Positions 9,808 to 19,082 of a stretch of 64,000 nucleotides of DNA are shown here, piece after piece (position 1 is the first letter of the stretch; each line of letters begins with the position of its first letter). The notes under the pieces are model-generated. The model ran no database searches, had not been told where the DNA came from, and worked only from the letters and a program-made list of their open reading frames with translations. Made by a program: the position numbers and the translations under genes. Where the stretch lies: positions 186,001-250,000 of the IMG/VR virus record IMGVR_UViG_3300048121_001678. One strand, 5' to 3'.

Positions 9808-10626
9808 ATGAAAAATGTAGTAGGAATTATTGGAAATGGTTTTGTAGGGGAATCACAGGCGTTTGCCTTTTCACCAACAAACGAGATAAGAATATATGAT
9901 ATTGACTCATTGAGGTCTACACATACGTTAGAGGAGACTCACGAGTCAGACTTTGTATTTGTTTGTGTACCAACACCAATGACTATTGAGGGTAAACAAG
10001 ATTTGACGTTTATAGAAAATGTATTTAAGGATTCTAAGAAAGGTCCAATCTATATTATTAAATCAACTGTTTTGCCTGGTACCACAGAAAAACTGCAAAA
10101 AAAATACCCAAATTTAAACATAATTTTCTCACCTGAGTTCCTAACAGAAAGAACCGCAAAATTGGATATGTTAACTCAGTCGAGAGTAATTTTTGGTGGT
10201 GAAAAACACTTAACTGATAAGGTTGAAGAACTTTTTAGTGGTAGATTCATGAATAGACATTTTATACATACAGACTCTAAAACCGCAGAATTTATAAAGT
10301 ATATGAATAATACATATTTTGCAACTAAGGTATCAATTATGAATGAATACTACAGGTTGGCCGAATTAGTGGGGGTTAATTGGGAAGATGCACTATATGG
10401 TTTTGCATCGGACGGTAGAGTTGGTGATTCACACTTACACGTGCCGGGTCCTGATGGTAAAGTTGGATTTGGCGGTACTTGTTTTCCAAAAGACATCAAT
10501 GCACTTATGAATATGGCAAAAGACGTAGGAGTTAACATGAATGTTTTAGAAGCGGCATGGAAAACAAATTTAGAAGTTAGACCTGAGCAAGACTGGACTA
10601 AGTTAAAAGGTCGTGCGATTTCATAA
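9808..10626 (+). CDS. UDP-glucose/GDP-mannose dehydrogenase family protein (lacks C-terminal domain)
   Basis: GNGFVG, VCVPTP, IKSTVLPG, SPEFL, GFGGTCFPKD. Confidence 0.85.
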   Translation: MKNVVGIIGNGFVGESQAFAFSPTNEIRIYDIDSLRSTHTLEETHESDFVFVCVPTPMTIEGKQDLTFIENVFKDSKKGPIYIIKSTVLPGTTEKLQKKYPNLNIIFSPEFLTERTAKLDMLTQSRVIFGGEKHLTDKVEELFSGRFMNRHFIHTDSKTAEFIKYMNNTYFATKVSIMNEYYRLAELVGVNWEDALYGFASDGRVGDSHLHVPGPDGKVGFGGTCFPKDINALMNMAKDVGVNMNVLEAAWKTNLEVRPEQDWTKLKGRAIS

Positions 10627-10717
10627 TAGTATAAGGGGTTACTTTCATTAGTTTATTACTAATTTAGGTATTAGTTTAGTGTATTAAACACGACCTAAAA
10701 TTATTTTAAATAAGTTA

Positions 10718-11428
10718 ATGGCAACAAAAGGAAAAAAAGTAGATATCACTACTAAAAAATCACGTAAAGAGATAATTCGTGAAATTATTGGAAGAACACC
10801 AAGAAAAAAATTCTTATCTGAAAATCAAAAAGTTTACTACAATCATCTAACAGACAACGAAATAACGATATGTACAGGACCTGCGGGTGTTGGTAAATCA
10901 TATGTTGCTATGAGTGCTGCAGTACAATTACTTCTTGATGAAAACAATTCTTATGAAAAAATAATTATCGTAAGACCAGCTGTCGAAGCAGAAGAAAAAT
11001 TAGGTGCACTGCCTGGTAACTTAGAAGAAAAGTTAGACCCATATATATTTCCATCATATTATTTACTAAATAAAATAGTTGGTAAGAGTGTTAGGGAAAA
11101 ATTAAAAGAATACGATATAATTGAGGTGTTTGCCTTGGCATACATGAGAGGTATGAATATTGATAACTCAATATTAATTTTTGAGGAGGCACAAAATTCA
11201 ACACCATCACAGATGAAGTTATTATTGACAAGAATAGGATTTAATAGTAAATTCTTTATATCGGGTGATATTGAACAAACTGACCGTTATAAAGATAAAA
11301 CACAATCAGGTCTTTATGACGCAATGAATAAGTTTTCAGATTTACCTGAAGTGGGTACTTTTAATTTTGAAAATGAAGATATAATTAGAAACCCAATAAT
11401 TGGTAAAATATTAAAAAAATACGAATGA
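10718..11428 (+). CDS. phoH: PhoH family ATPase
   Basis: GPAGVGKS, RPAVEAEEKLGALPG, AYMRG, EEAQN, LLTRIG, GDIEQTD. Confidence 0.95.
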   Translation: MATKGKKVDITTKKSRKEIIREIIGRTPRKKFLSENQKVYYNHLTDNEITICTGPAGVGKSYVAMSAAVQLLLDENNSYEKIIIVRPAVEAEEKLGALPGNLEEKLDPYIFPSYYLLNKIVGKSVREKLKEYDIIEVFALAYMRGMNIDNSILIFEEAQNSTPSQMKLLLTRIGFNSKFFISGDIEQTDRYKDKTQSGLYDAMNKFSDLPEVGTFNFENEDIIRNPIIGKILKKYE

Positions 11429-12024
11429 AAATTGCATTTGAAATAAATGGTGTTTTAAGGAATACTTTTGGTAAGGCTGAGGAAGTTTATCAAAAATTCT
11501 TTATTGATGATTACATAAAAGGTGAGGATGAAGAAGAGTTTGAATTTAGATTAAATCTCCCAATAACCTCAACGACTCTAAGTCAACATTTTGTTTTCCC
11601 CGATGAGGAGAGACTTATGGAGTTTTTCTATGTGGATTTCCCTATGAATATTTTTGGTCATTCACAGTCAACTGAAACTTCAACATTTCATGACTTAAAT
11701 GACATATACAAAGATTTAAGGGAAAATCATGAGTTAGTAATTATTTCTAATGAAATTGAGAAATCAAAACCAGCAACATTATTTTTTCTATCTAAGTTTG
11801 GATGTATGTTTGAAAAAATATTATTTTATAATCAATATACTGAGAAAGATATATTATCAGATGTTGATATTATAGTATCCACTCAACCACAAATTTTAGA
11901 TTCCGAATACGGTTTTAAAACCATAAAATATAAAACTACATATAATGAAAATACGTCCTCTGATTTTGAGATTGAAACCTTAAAAGGATTTAAAGACTTA
12001 TATGAAAAACTAAATTTAAAATGA
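11425..12024 (+). CDS. hypothetical protein, degenerate HAD/5'(3')-nucleotidase-like
   Basis: KIAFEINGVLR resembles the IGIDIDGVL motif with the Asp residues replaced. Confidence 0.45.
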   Translation: MKIAFEINGVLRNTFGKAEEVYQKFFIDDYIKGEDEEEFEFRLNLPITSTTLSQHFVFPDEERLMEFFYVDFPMNIFGHSQSTETSTFHDLNDIYKDLRENHELVIISNEIEKSKPATLFFLSKFGCMFEKILFYNQYTEKDILSDVDIIVSTQPQILDSEYGFKTIKYKTTYNENTSSDFEIETLKGFKDLYEKLNLK

Positions 12025-12320
12025 TTGAAATTTTAGGACACCTTTATTACATTGATTTATCAGAATTAGAGAATTTTGTAGAATTAGACACACCAAAATC
12101 AGTAGGAAAAGAAGAGGGAAGTAGTGATGAATTAAAGGACTACCAACACTTCTCTATTATTAAGTATGAGGTTATCAAAACAATGATTGAAGTAATACTA
12201 ACAGAAAGAGAAGAACTTGATGATAATTTAGGTATTCACACATCAAGAAATACAAGTATTCCCTTTCGTGTAGCTTTTAATACATTATTAAGACATAATA
12301 TAATTAAATTTATCGACTAA
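12021..12320 (+). CDS. hypothetical protein
   Basis: Translationally coupled (ATGA and TAATG overlaps). Confidence 0.7.
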   Translation: MIEILGHLYYIDLSELENFVELDTPKSVGKEEGSSDELKDYQHFSIIKYEVIKTMIEVILTEREELDDNLGIHTSRNTSIPFRVAFNTLLRHNIIKFID

Positions 12321-13384
12321 TGGACCAAGAAACAATTAAAAAAGTTGAAGTCTCTATAGAAAAATTAAGAGACAAAACATCGAGAATTTACCTTATGGTA
12401 CAAGATACTAAGGGTAACGCAAAAGCCAGTATCAGATACACGTATCAAATGGCTTTAACACTAAAAAATAATGGATTTAACCCCATTATATTACATGAAT
12501 CTAACGACTATACGGGCGTTGGGGCGTGGATGGGAGATGAGTATATGGAAATCACTCATCAATCAATTGAAGGTCAAAACCTTCAAATAACACCTGAAGA
12601 CTTTGTAATTATCCCTGAACTATATGGTCACGTTATGGACCAAATCAAAGATTTACCATGTGGTAAAATTGTTTTGTGTCAAGCGTATGATTACATGTTG
12701 GAAACAGTTCAACCAGGTATGAATTGGTCAAATTATGGTTTTTTAAAGTGTATTACCACTAATGAGACACAAAAAGAATTTATCAGTGGAATTATGAAGA
12801 ATACATCCCTTGATGTCGTTACACCTTTAATACCTGAAATTTTCACTAAGAAGTCAATTCCGGCAAAACCGATTATCTCAATTCACACACGTGACCAAAG
12901 AGACACAATGAAAATCATAAAGTCATTCTACTTAAAATACCCTCAATTTAGATGGATTACTTTCCGTGATATGAGAGGTTTGAATCAGGAAGAATTTGTT
13001 ACTAACCTACAAGAATCATTCGTATCTGTATGGGTGGATGATATTAGTGGTTTAGGGACTTATCCACTTGAAAGTATGGCTTGTGGTACACCAGTAATTG
13101 GTAAAGTACCTAATATGAAACCTGAGTGGATGTTAGACACAAATGGAGTATGGACTTATGAGGTAAATAATATGGTGGATATCATCGCAGAATATACACA
13201 GAATTGGTTAGAAGATAACATATCTGAGAGTCTTTACGAGTCTGGATATGAGACTTCATCAAAATACCAACAAACAGAAGAGTTTGAAACTAACATAGTA
13301 TCTCTGTTTACATCATACTTGAAATCGAGAATGGAGTCATTTCAATCTCAAATTGATAAATTAACAGTAAAAGAAGAAGAATAA
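12320..13384 (+). CDS. GT-B (GT4-like) glycosyltransferase
   Basis: GLGTYPLESMACGTPVIG. Confidence 0.8.
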   Translation: MDQETIKKVEVSIEKLRDKTSRIYLMVQDTKGNAKASIRYTYQMALTLKNNGFNPIILHESNDYTGVGAWMGDEYMEITHQSIEGQNLQITPEDFVIIPELYGHVMDQIKDLPCGKIVLCQAYDYMLETVQPGMNWSNYGFLKCITTNETQKEFISGIMKNTSLDVVTPLIPEIFTKKSIPAKPIISIHTRDQRDTMKIIKSFYLKYPQFRWITFRDMRGLNQEEFVTNLQESFVSVWVDDISGLGTYPLESMACGTPVIGKVPNMKPEWMLDTNGVWTYEVNNMVDIIAEYTQNWLEDNISESLYESGYETSSKYQQTEEFETNIVSLFTSYLKSRMESFQSQIDKLTVKEEE

Positions 13385-13386
13385 TT

Positions 13387-14184
13387 ATGAAAGATATATC
13401 AGTAGTTCTCCCTATTGAGAGCTCAAAACACAAAAATTTTGTAGAGTTGTTTACAAACGCAATTAAATCAATTCAAAATCAATCAGTACCACCAAAAGAG
13501 CTAGTGTTAGTTCATTCTAATGAAGAGTCTTTAGTCGAGTTTTTAACTAACTTCGAATTTAGTGGTTTAACTGTTAATATGGTTGAAAATAAAGGTAACA
13601 CTGATTTTGCATCGCAAATGAATTTAGGTGTAGAAAAATCAGAGTCTGAATGGGTTTCATTTTTAGAATTTGACGATGAGTATGCAACTATATGGTTTAA
13701 AAATGTTCAAACATTTATAGAAGCACATCCAAATGTCGGAGGATTCTTATCGTTAGTTGTTGATGTTGACCACAAAGGTCAATTTGCTGGTTTCACAAAT
13801 GAGGCTACTTTCGCAGCGTCAATGAACACAGAAATTGGTTATTTAACCAATGAAGTCTTACTCGATTATCAAAACTTCCAATCTGCAGGTATGGTAATTA
13901 ATAAAAAAACATATCAGGATATGGGTGGTTTTAAACCGTCTTTTAAACTCACATTCGTATATGAATTCTTATTAAGATTAACATATAACTCGGTTAAAAT
14001 TATGACAATACCTAAAATTGGGTATAAGCACCTTAACATGAGAGAAGGTTCTATATTTTGGAACTATAAAAATGGAGATAATAAAGTTACTGAAGACGAG
14101 ATTAGATTTTGGTTAGACTCGGCAAAAAAAGAGCATTTCTTTACTGAAGATAGAAACATAAAATATGAATCTGAAACTGTTTAA
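13387..14184 (+). CDS. GT2 glycosyltransferase
   Basis: ISVVLP, SIQNQ, NLGV...EWVSFLEFDD, MGGF. Confidence 0.8.
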   Translation: MKDISVVLPIESSKHKNFVELFTNAIKSIQNQSVPPKELVLVHSNEESLVEFLTNFEFSGLTVNMVENKGNTDFASQMNLGVEKSESEWVSFLEFDDEYATIWFKNVQTFIEAHPNVGGFLSLVVDVDHKGQFAGFTNEATFAASMNTEIGYLTNEVLLDYQNFQSAGMVINKKTYQDMGGFKPSFKLTFVYEFLLRLTYNSVKIMTIPKIGYKHLNMREGSIFWNYKNGDNKVTEDEIRFWLDSAKKEHFFTEDRNIKYESETV

Positions 14185-14939
14185 TGTTTTTATCAGGAGA
14201 CACAAACGGTCCGTTACCTACACCAACTAAAAAAAGAGGTAGGAAACCAAAACCGGGTAGTAATTATTTTGATGTGAGAGAAGAGAATGCCGTTAGGATG
14301 TTTCTCACCGCCTCCACAACAACAGAAAAGAATGAGATTTATAATGAATTTTTAAAAGCACCATTAGATAAAATGATTGAGTCTATTATCAGAAGATATA
14401 AACTTTATCGTAAAGGAATGGATTTTAGAGATATACATGTAGATACACATTCTTTTCTAATTACTAAAGTAGATAAATTTAAACCAGCAAAAGGTAAGAA
14501 AGCATATTCTTATTTTGGTACTATTTGTAAAAACTATTTGATGGGTCAAATCATCAAAGACCAAAAAGACCAAAATAGAAAGATATCTTACGAAGACATA
14601 TCATCATCATTAGAAAGTAGACCTGACTTAATATATCATTTAGAACATGATGTTGTTGAACCAAGTCAGGTTATTAAACATTTTTTAAAGGAAATGGAAG
14701 AGTTTATGGATAAAACTAATTTAAATAAAAATGAAGTTAAATTGGGTTATGCGTTAATGGAGTTGTTTGAAAATTATGAAACTATTTTTATTGGTACTGA
14801 TAATAATAAATTTAATAAAAATATCATATTACTCTCATTAAGAGAAATGACGAATTTATCCACTAAAGAAATCAGAACCTCAATGAAGAAATATAAAACA
14901 CTGTATTATAATTTGGTTAAAAAAATCAATAATATATAA
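14184..14939 (+). CDS. phage sigma factor, T4 gp55-like (late transcription)
   Basis: NYF...KM...II..Y...KFKPAKGKKAYSYFGTICKN resembles sigma region 2 of gp55 (F.P.K..NPFAYFT.I). Confidence 0.6.
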   Translation: MFLSGDTNGPLPTPTKKRGRKPKPGSNYFDVREENAVRMFLTASTTTEKNEIYNEFLKAPLDKMIESIIRRYKLYRKGMDFRDIHVDTHSFLITKVDKFKPAKGKKAYSYFGTICKNYLMGQIIKDQKDQNRKISYEDISSSLESRPDLIYHLEHDVVEPSQVIKHFLKEMEEFMDKTNLNKNEVKLGYALMELFENYETIFIGTDNNKFNKNIILLSLREMTNLSTKEIRTSMKKYKTLYYNLVKKINNI

Positions 14940-14954
14940 AATTTAGACCAAAGA

Positions 14955-14961
14955 TATTTAT
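14955..14961 (+). promoter_or_regulatory. late-promoter-like motif TATTTAT
   Basis: Recurrent motif 5-50 nt upstream of structural genes; here inside the palindrome TATTTATAAATA. Confidence 0.55.
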
Positions 14962-14966
14962 AAATA

Positions 14967-15344
14967 ATGGGAAGACCAAAGAAAAAAGAGATTGTACTAA
15001 ATAAAGACTCGGTTTTAAGTCTTATGCAAGAAATCTACAATGAACTTGTGGAACAAAGAAGTACTGCGGTTAGAATACAAAACAAAATGCTTGGAATGTT
15101 AAAAGAACCAAAAGACATGACAGTAATTGGTCCCGTTATAAAAGAACAACAAAAGATTATTAATGACACCATAGAGAAAAAACTATCGTTGTCAAAATTA
15201 CAGTCATCTATTTGGGAAAAATCTCAAAACACATCAGAGGAGTCATTTAATATATCCGATATGGATGACGATGTTCTCTCAGCACTTATTGAAAAGGATT
15301 CTGACACCAGTAAGGGTAATACTGAAGGGTATAAACTAGATTAA
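14967..15344 (+). CDS. hypothetical coiled-coil protein
   Basis: Intact ORF behind a TATTTAT motif. Confidence 0.75.
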   Translation: MGRPKKKEIVLNKDSVLSLMQEIYNELVEQRSTAVRIQNKMLGMLKEPKDMTVIGPVIKEQQKIINDTIEKKLSLSKLQSSIWEKSQNTSEESFNISDMDDDVLSALIEKDSDTSKGNTEGYKLD

Positions 15345-15354
15345 ATTATTCATT

Positions 15355-17298
15355 ATGGGTTTAGATACAGAAAATGATTATAAAAATGCAAAGTCTAAAA
15401 TTAAGTCGTTTCAGACAACTGTTGAAACCAGAAAAAATGAGGCAGAATCTAAAAAAAGTACCAGTTTAGATAATTTTGAAAAATCTAAAGATAAGATGTT
15501 TAGTAACCTCAACGAATGGGGTGACACCGTAGATGGTATAACTGCCGAGAAAAAAAAACAACTACAGTCAAAAGTTAAAACACAATTAGACCAATTAACT
15601 GAGGTTTTTATGATTGCATCATCTAAAGGTGGTGACAGTAAAAGTGTAAATCAACTTTTTGATATATACAGTCAAACAATACTGAATACCAAACTAAGGA
15701 TTCAAGAATTATTCATAAAAGAAACAATAAAGGCTGCCGGTTGTTCCGAAGAACAACAATTTACAGAGGACCCATTATATATTAGAGTACAATCAATTGA
15801 CCTTTATAAAAAGTTATTTGAAGACCCTAATAGTGATGATGGTTCGATACTTTATGAAAAATTCATAACACCCAACGGAACATCACCATACTCGATGAAT
15901 CGCGAGTTATATAATAGATTACAACAAGTAGGTGTGTCATTCTCCAATCAAAATAGTGGTTCGAGTTATATTGGAGCATCAAACAATCAGATTTTTGACA
16001 TTGTATATGTTAATACGGATAATAATGGTAATAATGGTGATTTTTATAAAGTTACCCTTAAAGGTGACACTAGTGGGGTTGGTAGCATTACTCGATTTTT
16101 ACAAGATTACTACAATTCCATCAATATTTTAGATATTGATGAATTAATAACTATATTAATAAATAGGTTAACAAACGCAGTGTCAGTAAATTTAAATGTG
16201 GATTTAGACACAGATAGAGAACAATTAAAAATTGAGAAATTATTACAACGTATATTAGGTCTTTGTTTTGATAACACAAAAGAGATTGACGTATCAGGTA
16301 TCGCCAAATTATCGGTTTCCGATAATATTGATGAAAGTTTTTTTGAGTTAAACAGTACTGATTTACGTAATATTGAAAATCAGTTAGATAATATACAAAA
16401 AGGTGTTACTGAATTTACAGATTGTGACGATGTAAAATTACCAATAAACACCGAAGCAATTATTAACGGTATTAAGAACGTTAGAAATGAAACTACTGAA
16501 ACTAAAAAATTAGAGGCGTTTAAAAGTTTAATAGATGACTTATCAAATGACGAAGAATGGAAGTTATTGGTACCTAATATAAATATAAATGCGTCTGTTA
16601 AGTTTGATTTATTAGGTATAATACCAAAAGGAATACTGGAGTTAATTTTATCACCTAAGAGTTTGTTAGGTGTAATGATAGTATTTAAATCAGTACAAAA
16701 TCAAATTGCCGATAAAATAGACACTTTAGAAGATTTCTTTATTTATTTTAAAAACTTTGTAGTTGAGTTGATGAGTAAAATCGGGGCGATTTTTGTTGAA
16801 GAACTTTTCAATGAAATTAAAAAGAATTTATCTGAATTAGTACAAACTATTCTTATGGAGATTGCAACCGAATCTAAAAATGCACAAGCAAGAATGATAT
16901 TCTCAATAATAAATGCAGTTTTAATAATTCGTGATTTAGTTACAGATTGGAGACAATGTAAAAGTGTTGTTGACGAATTATTACAATTACTAAGTTTGGC
17001 CGGTAGCCAACTTAACTTAGGTTTACCAGCATTTACATTATCTTTATCTAAGTTTTTACCTGGTATGTCGGAGACTAGGTCGTTAGCTAACATAATTGAG
17101 GAGTTACAAAAATCAGGTATACCTACAGGTGATTTACCTGGTGGTGTACCTAATGTAATGAATCAATTTATGAGTTCACAAATTAATGGTCAACATAAAG
17201 AAATGCAAGAAAATGGTAAAACAGAAATCACAATACCCCCATTAGCGGTGGTCGGTGGGACTACATTACCTGTTAAAGCTAGTGGTAAATCTTATTAA
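15355..17298 (+). CDS. hypothetical protein, probable virion/baseplate component
   Basis: 647-aa ORF in the late operon upstream of the spike-like gene. Confidence 0.6.
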   Translation: MGLDTENDYKNAKSKIKSFQTTVETRKNEAESKKSTSLDNFEKSKDKMFSNLNEWGDTVDGITAEKKKQLQSKVKTQLDQLTEVFMIASSKGGDSKSVNQLFDIYSQTILNTKLRIQELFIKETIKAAGCSEEQQFTEDPLYIRVQSIDLYKKLFEDPNSDDGSILYEKFITPNGTSPYSMNRELYNRLQQVGVSFSNQNSGSSYIGASNNQIFDIVYVNTDNNGNNGDFYKVTLKGDTSGVGSITRFLQDYYNSINILDIDELITILINRLTNAVSVNLNVDLDTDREQLKIEKLLQRILGLCFDNTKEIDVSGIAKLSVSDNIDESFFELNSTDLRNIENQLDNIQKGVTEFTDCDDVKLPINTEAIINGIKNVRNETTETKKLEAFKSLIDDLSNDEEWKLLVPNININASVKFDLLGIIPKGILELILSPKSLLGVMIVFKSVQNQIADKIDTLEDFFIYFKNFVVELMSKIGAIFVEELFNEIKKNLSELVQTILMEIATESKNAQARMIFSIINAVLIIRDLVTDWRQCKSVVDELLQLLSLAGSQLNLGLPAFTLSLSKFLPGMSETRSLANIIEELQKSGIPTGDLPGGVPNVMNQFMSSQINGQHKEMQENGKTEITIPPLAVVGGTTLPVKASGKSY

Positions 17299-17299
17299 G

Positions 17300-17497
17300 A
17301 TGGAAGAGGAAAGAATAAAAAATATAATATCTAATTTTAAGAGTAAGAGTAATAACGAGTTAAAAGAAGTTTTAACCGAGTTATCAAAAGATTTTGAAGA
17401 GACTAAAGGTTTGTTGATTAAGTTATCCCACCATTTAGATTCTACAGAAAATTTATATAATAGTATTTTAAAAGAGTATAAAAAAAGAGGTAATTAA
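17300..17497 (+). CDS. small coiled-coil hypothetical protein
   Basis: ATG at 17300 directly after the upstream stop. Confidence 0.65.
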   Translation: MEEERIKNIISNFKSKSNNELKEVLTELSKDFEETKGLLIKLSHHLDSTENLYNSILKEYKKRGN

Positions 17498-17500
17498 GAG

Positions 17501-19060
17501 ATGGCAATACCAGGTAACATAAGTAATGGTTCAAATAACTATTCACCAAAGAATTTTAGACAAATAGTCTATCATGGTACAGTACAAGATACTGACGACC
17601 CCTTTATGTTGGGTAGAATAAGGGTTTATCCTGAAGACCAAAACATTACCGATAAGTTAAATTCTGTTCCTGGTTTTGATGAATCAAAAGATAAATGGAA
17701 AAGAAATGACCCCTTTGTTTTCTTACCTTTAATACCATACTTTATTTATCAAGTACCAAAAAAAGACGAGTATGTTCATGTCATTTACACAAACCCAAAT
17801 GATAAAGATTTAAAAGGACAATTTTACATTCAAGGACCATTTTCATCACCAACAACGATTGAATTTGAAGACTCCAATTCTTCAGAAACTTTTTTAAGTT
17901 CAGGTACAAGAAATAAGAATCTTCCACCAATTAACGATACTAATAATAGTGGTAATACTATTAGTTCTTCAGGTATATATCCAAGACCTATTGATATTGC
18001 AATTTTAAGTAGAAGTAATTCTGACATCATATTAAAAGGCTCTGATGATATCCAAGGGGTGGATGGTGAAATTTTAATAAGAGCGGGTAAACATAATACC
18101 TTTAATAGTAAACAAAAACCCACACCTAAATCTGACAGAGCATTTTTACAGTTAAGTAATTACAAGACATTAGAACGATTTGCAGGAGTAGATACTCGAT
18201 ATTCTATAGTTAATGAAAATACTCAAACTAAAAAGTTAATCGAATACGAGGTATTTAATCCTGAAAATTTATTCAATGCGTTTACAGGTCAAATCATACT
18301 TTATAATCTATTACCAGATGAAATATCGGGTACAACAAGTGCGGATTCTATAAGAAACAACACTGATTTAGATTCTTTTAAACAAATCCAACATATTGAA
18401 CAATTTACAAAGTTAACAAAAAAAGAAGTAGCCGAAAAAGTTAATAAATTCATTAAAAACGTAATGAACGGTAGAATGGAAAATGGACTTTTGATTAATA
18501 ATCAATTTCCATTGTACTATCGTGCCAACATAGAAAATCGAAACGAATCTAGTGTTATATCTCTTAGTCGCTTGAAAAGTATATATATGTTAGTAAAACC
18601 AACAGAGTTTACAGTAAACACTAATGGCTTCGGCTTAGTTTATGATAAAACAGGTAAAACTAATGTTCCCGTTAAAATAAAAAAGAATGATTTTAGACCC
18701 AAAGATATTATAAATCAGGATAATACTGTTAGTGTTATGGGTGCAAACCAACTATATTTCTTATCTCACAATACTACTAACCCATCCAAAAGTAAAATTA
18801 ATTTAAATAATACATTATATGGTATAGACCAAACAAAGTTAGTTGAAGAGATACAGCCTAAGACGTCTTCAGTGGTTAGAGGTGAGGAACTTATGGTACT
18901 TATTGAATTAATTGTTAGATATCTCGCGACTCATGTTCATCCATTCCCTGGTTTACCACCGGTACCTGTTAGTTCTGACGGTACCAATGTTAGTGACTTA
19001 CTAAAAGAACTGTTAGATGCCAGTACAAAAATATTAAATAAGAATATTCGTATAAACTAA
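17501..19060 (+). CDS. baseplate hub/spike protein (gp5/gpV-like OB fold)
   Basis: GTVQDTDDPFMLGRIRV...VPKKDEYV OB-fold signature; C-terminal THVHP HxH motif. Confidence 0.65.
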   Translation: MAIPGNISNGSNNYSPKNFRQIVYHGTVQDTDDPFMLGRIRVYPEDQNITDKLNSVPGFDESKDKWKRNDPFVFLPLIPYFIYQVPKKDEYVHVIYTNPNDKDLKGQFYIQGPFSSPTTIEFEDSNSSETFLSSGTRNKNLPPINDTNNSGNTISSSGIYPRPIDIAILSRSNSDIILKGSDDIQGVDGEILIRAGKHNTFNSKQKPTPKSDRAFLQLSNYKTLERFAGVDTRYSIVNENTQTKKLIEYEVFNPENLFNAFTGQIILYNLLPDEISGTTSADSIRNNTDLDSFKQIQHIEQFTKLTKKEVAEKVNKFIKNVMNGRMENGLLINNQFPLYYRANIENRNESSVISLSRLKSIYMLVKPTEFTVNTNGFGLVYDKTGKTNVPVKIKKNDFRPKDIINQDNTVSVMGANQLYFLSHNTTNPSKSKINLNNTLYGIDQTKLVEEIQPKTSSVVRGEELMVLIELIVRYLATHVHPFPGLPPVPVSSDGTNVSDLLKELLDASTKILNKNIRIN

Positions 19061-19082
19061 GTATTTATAGTAAAAACGAATA

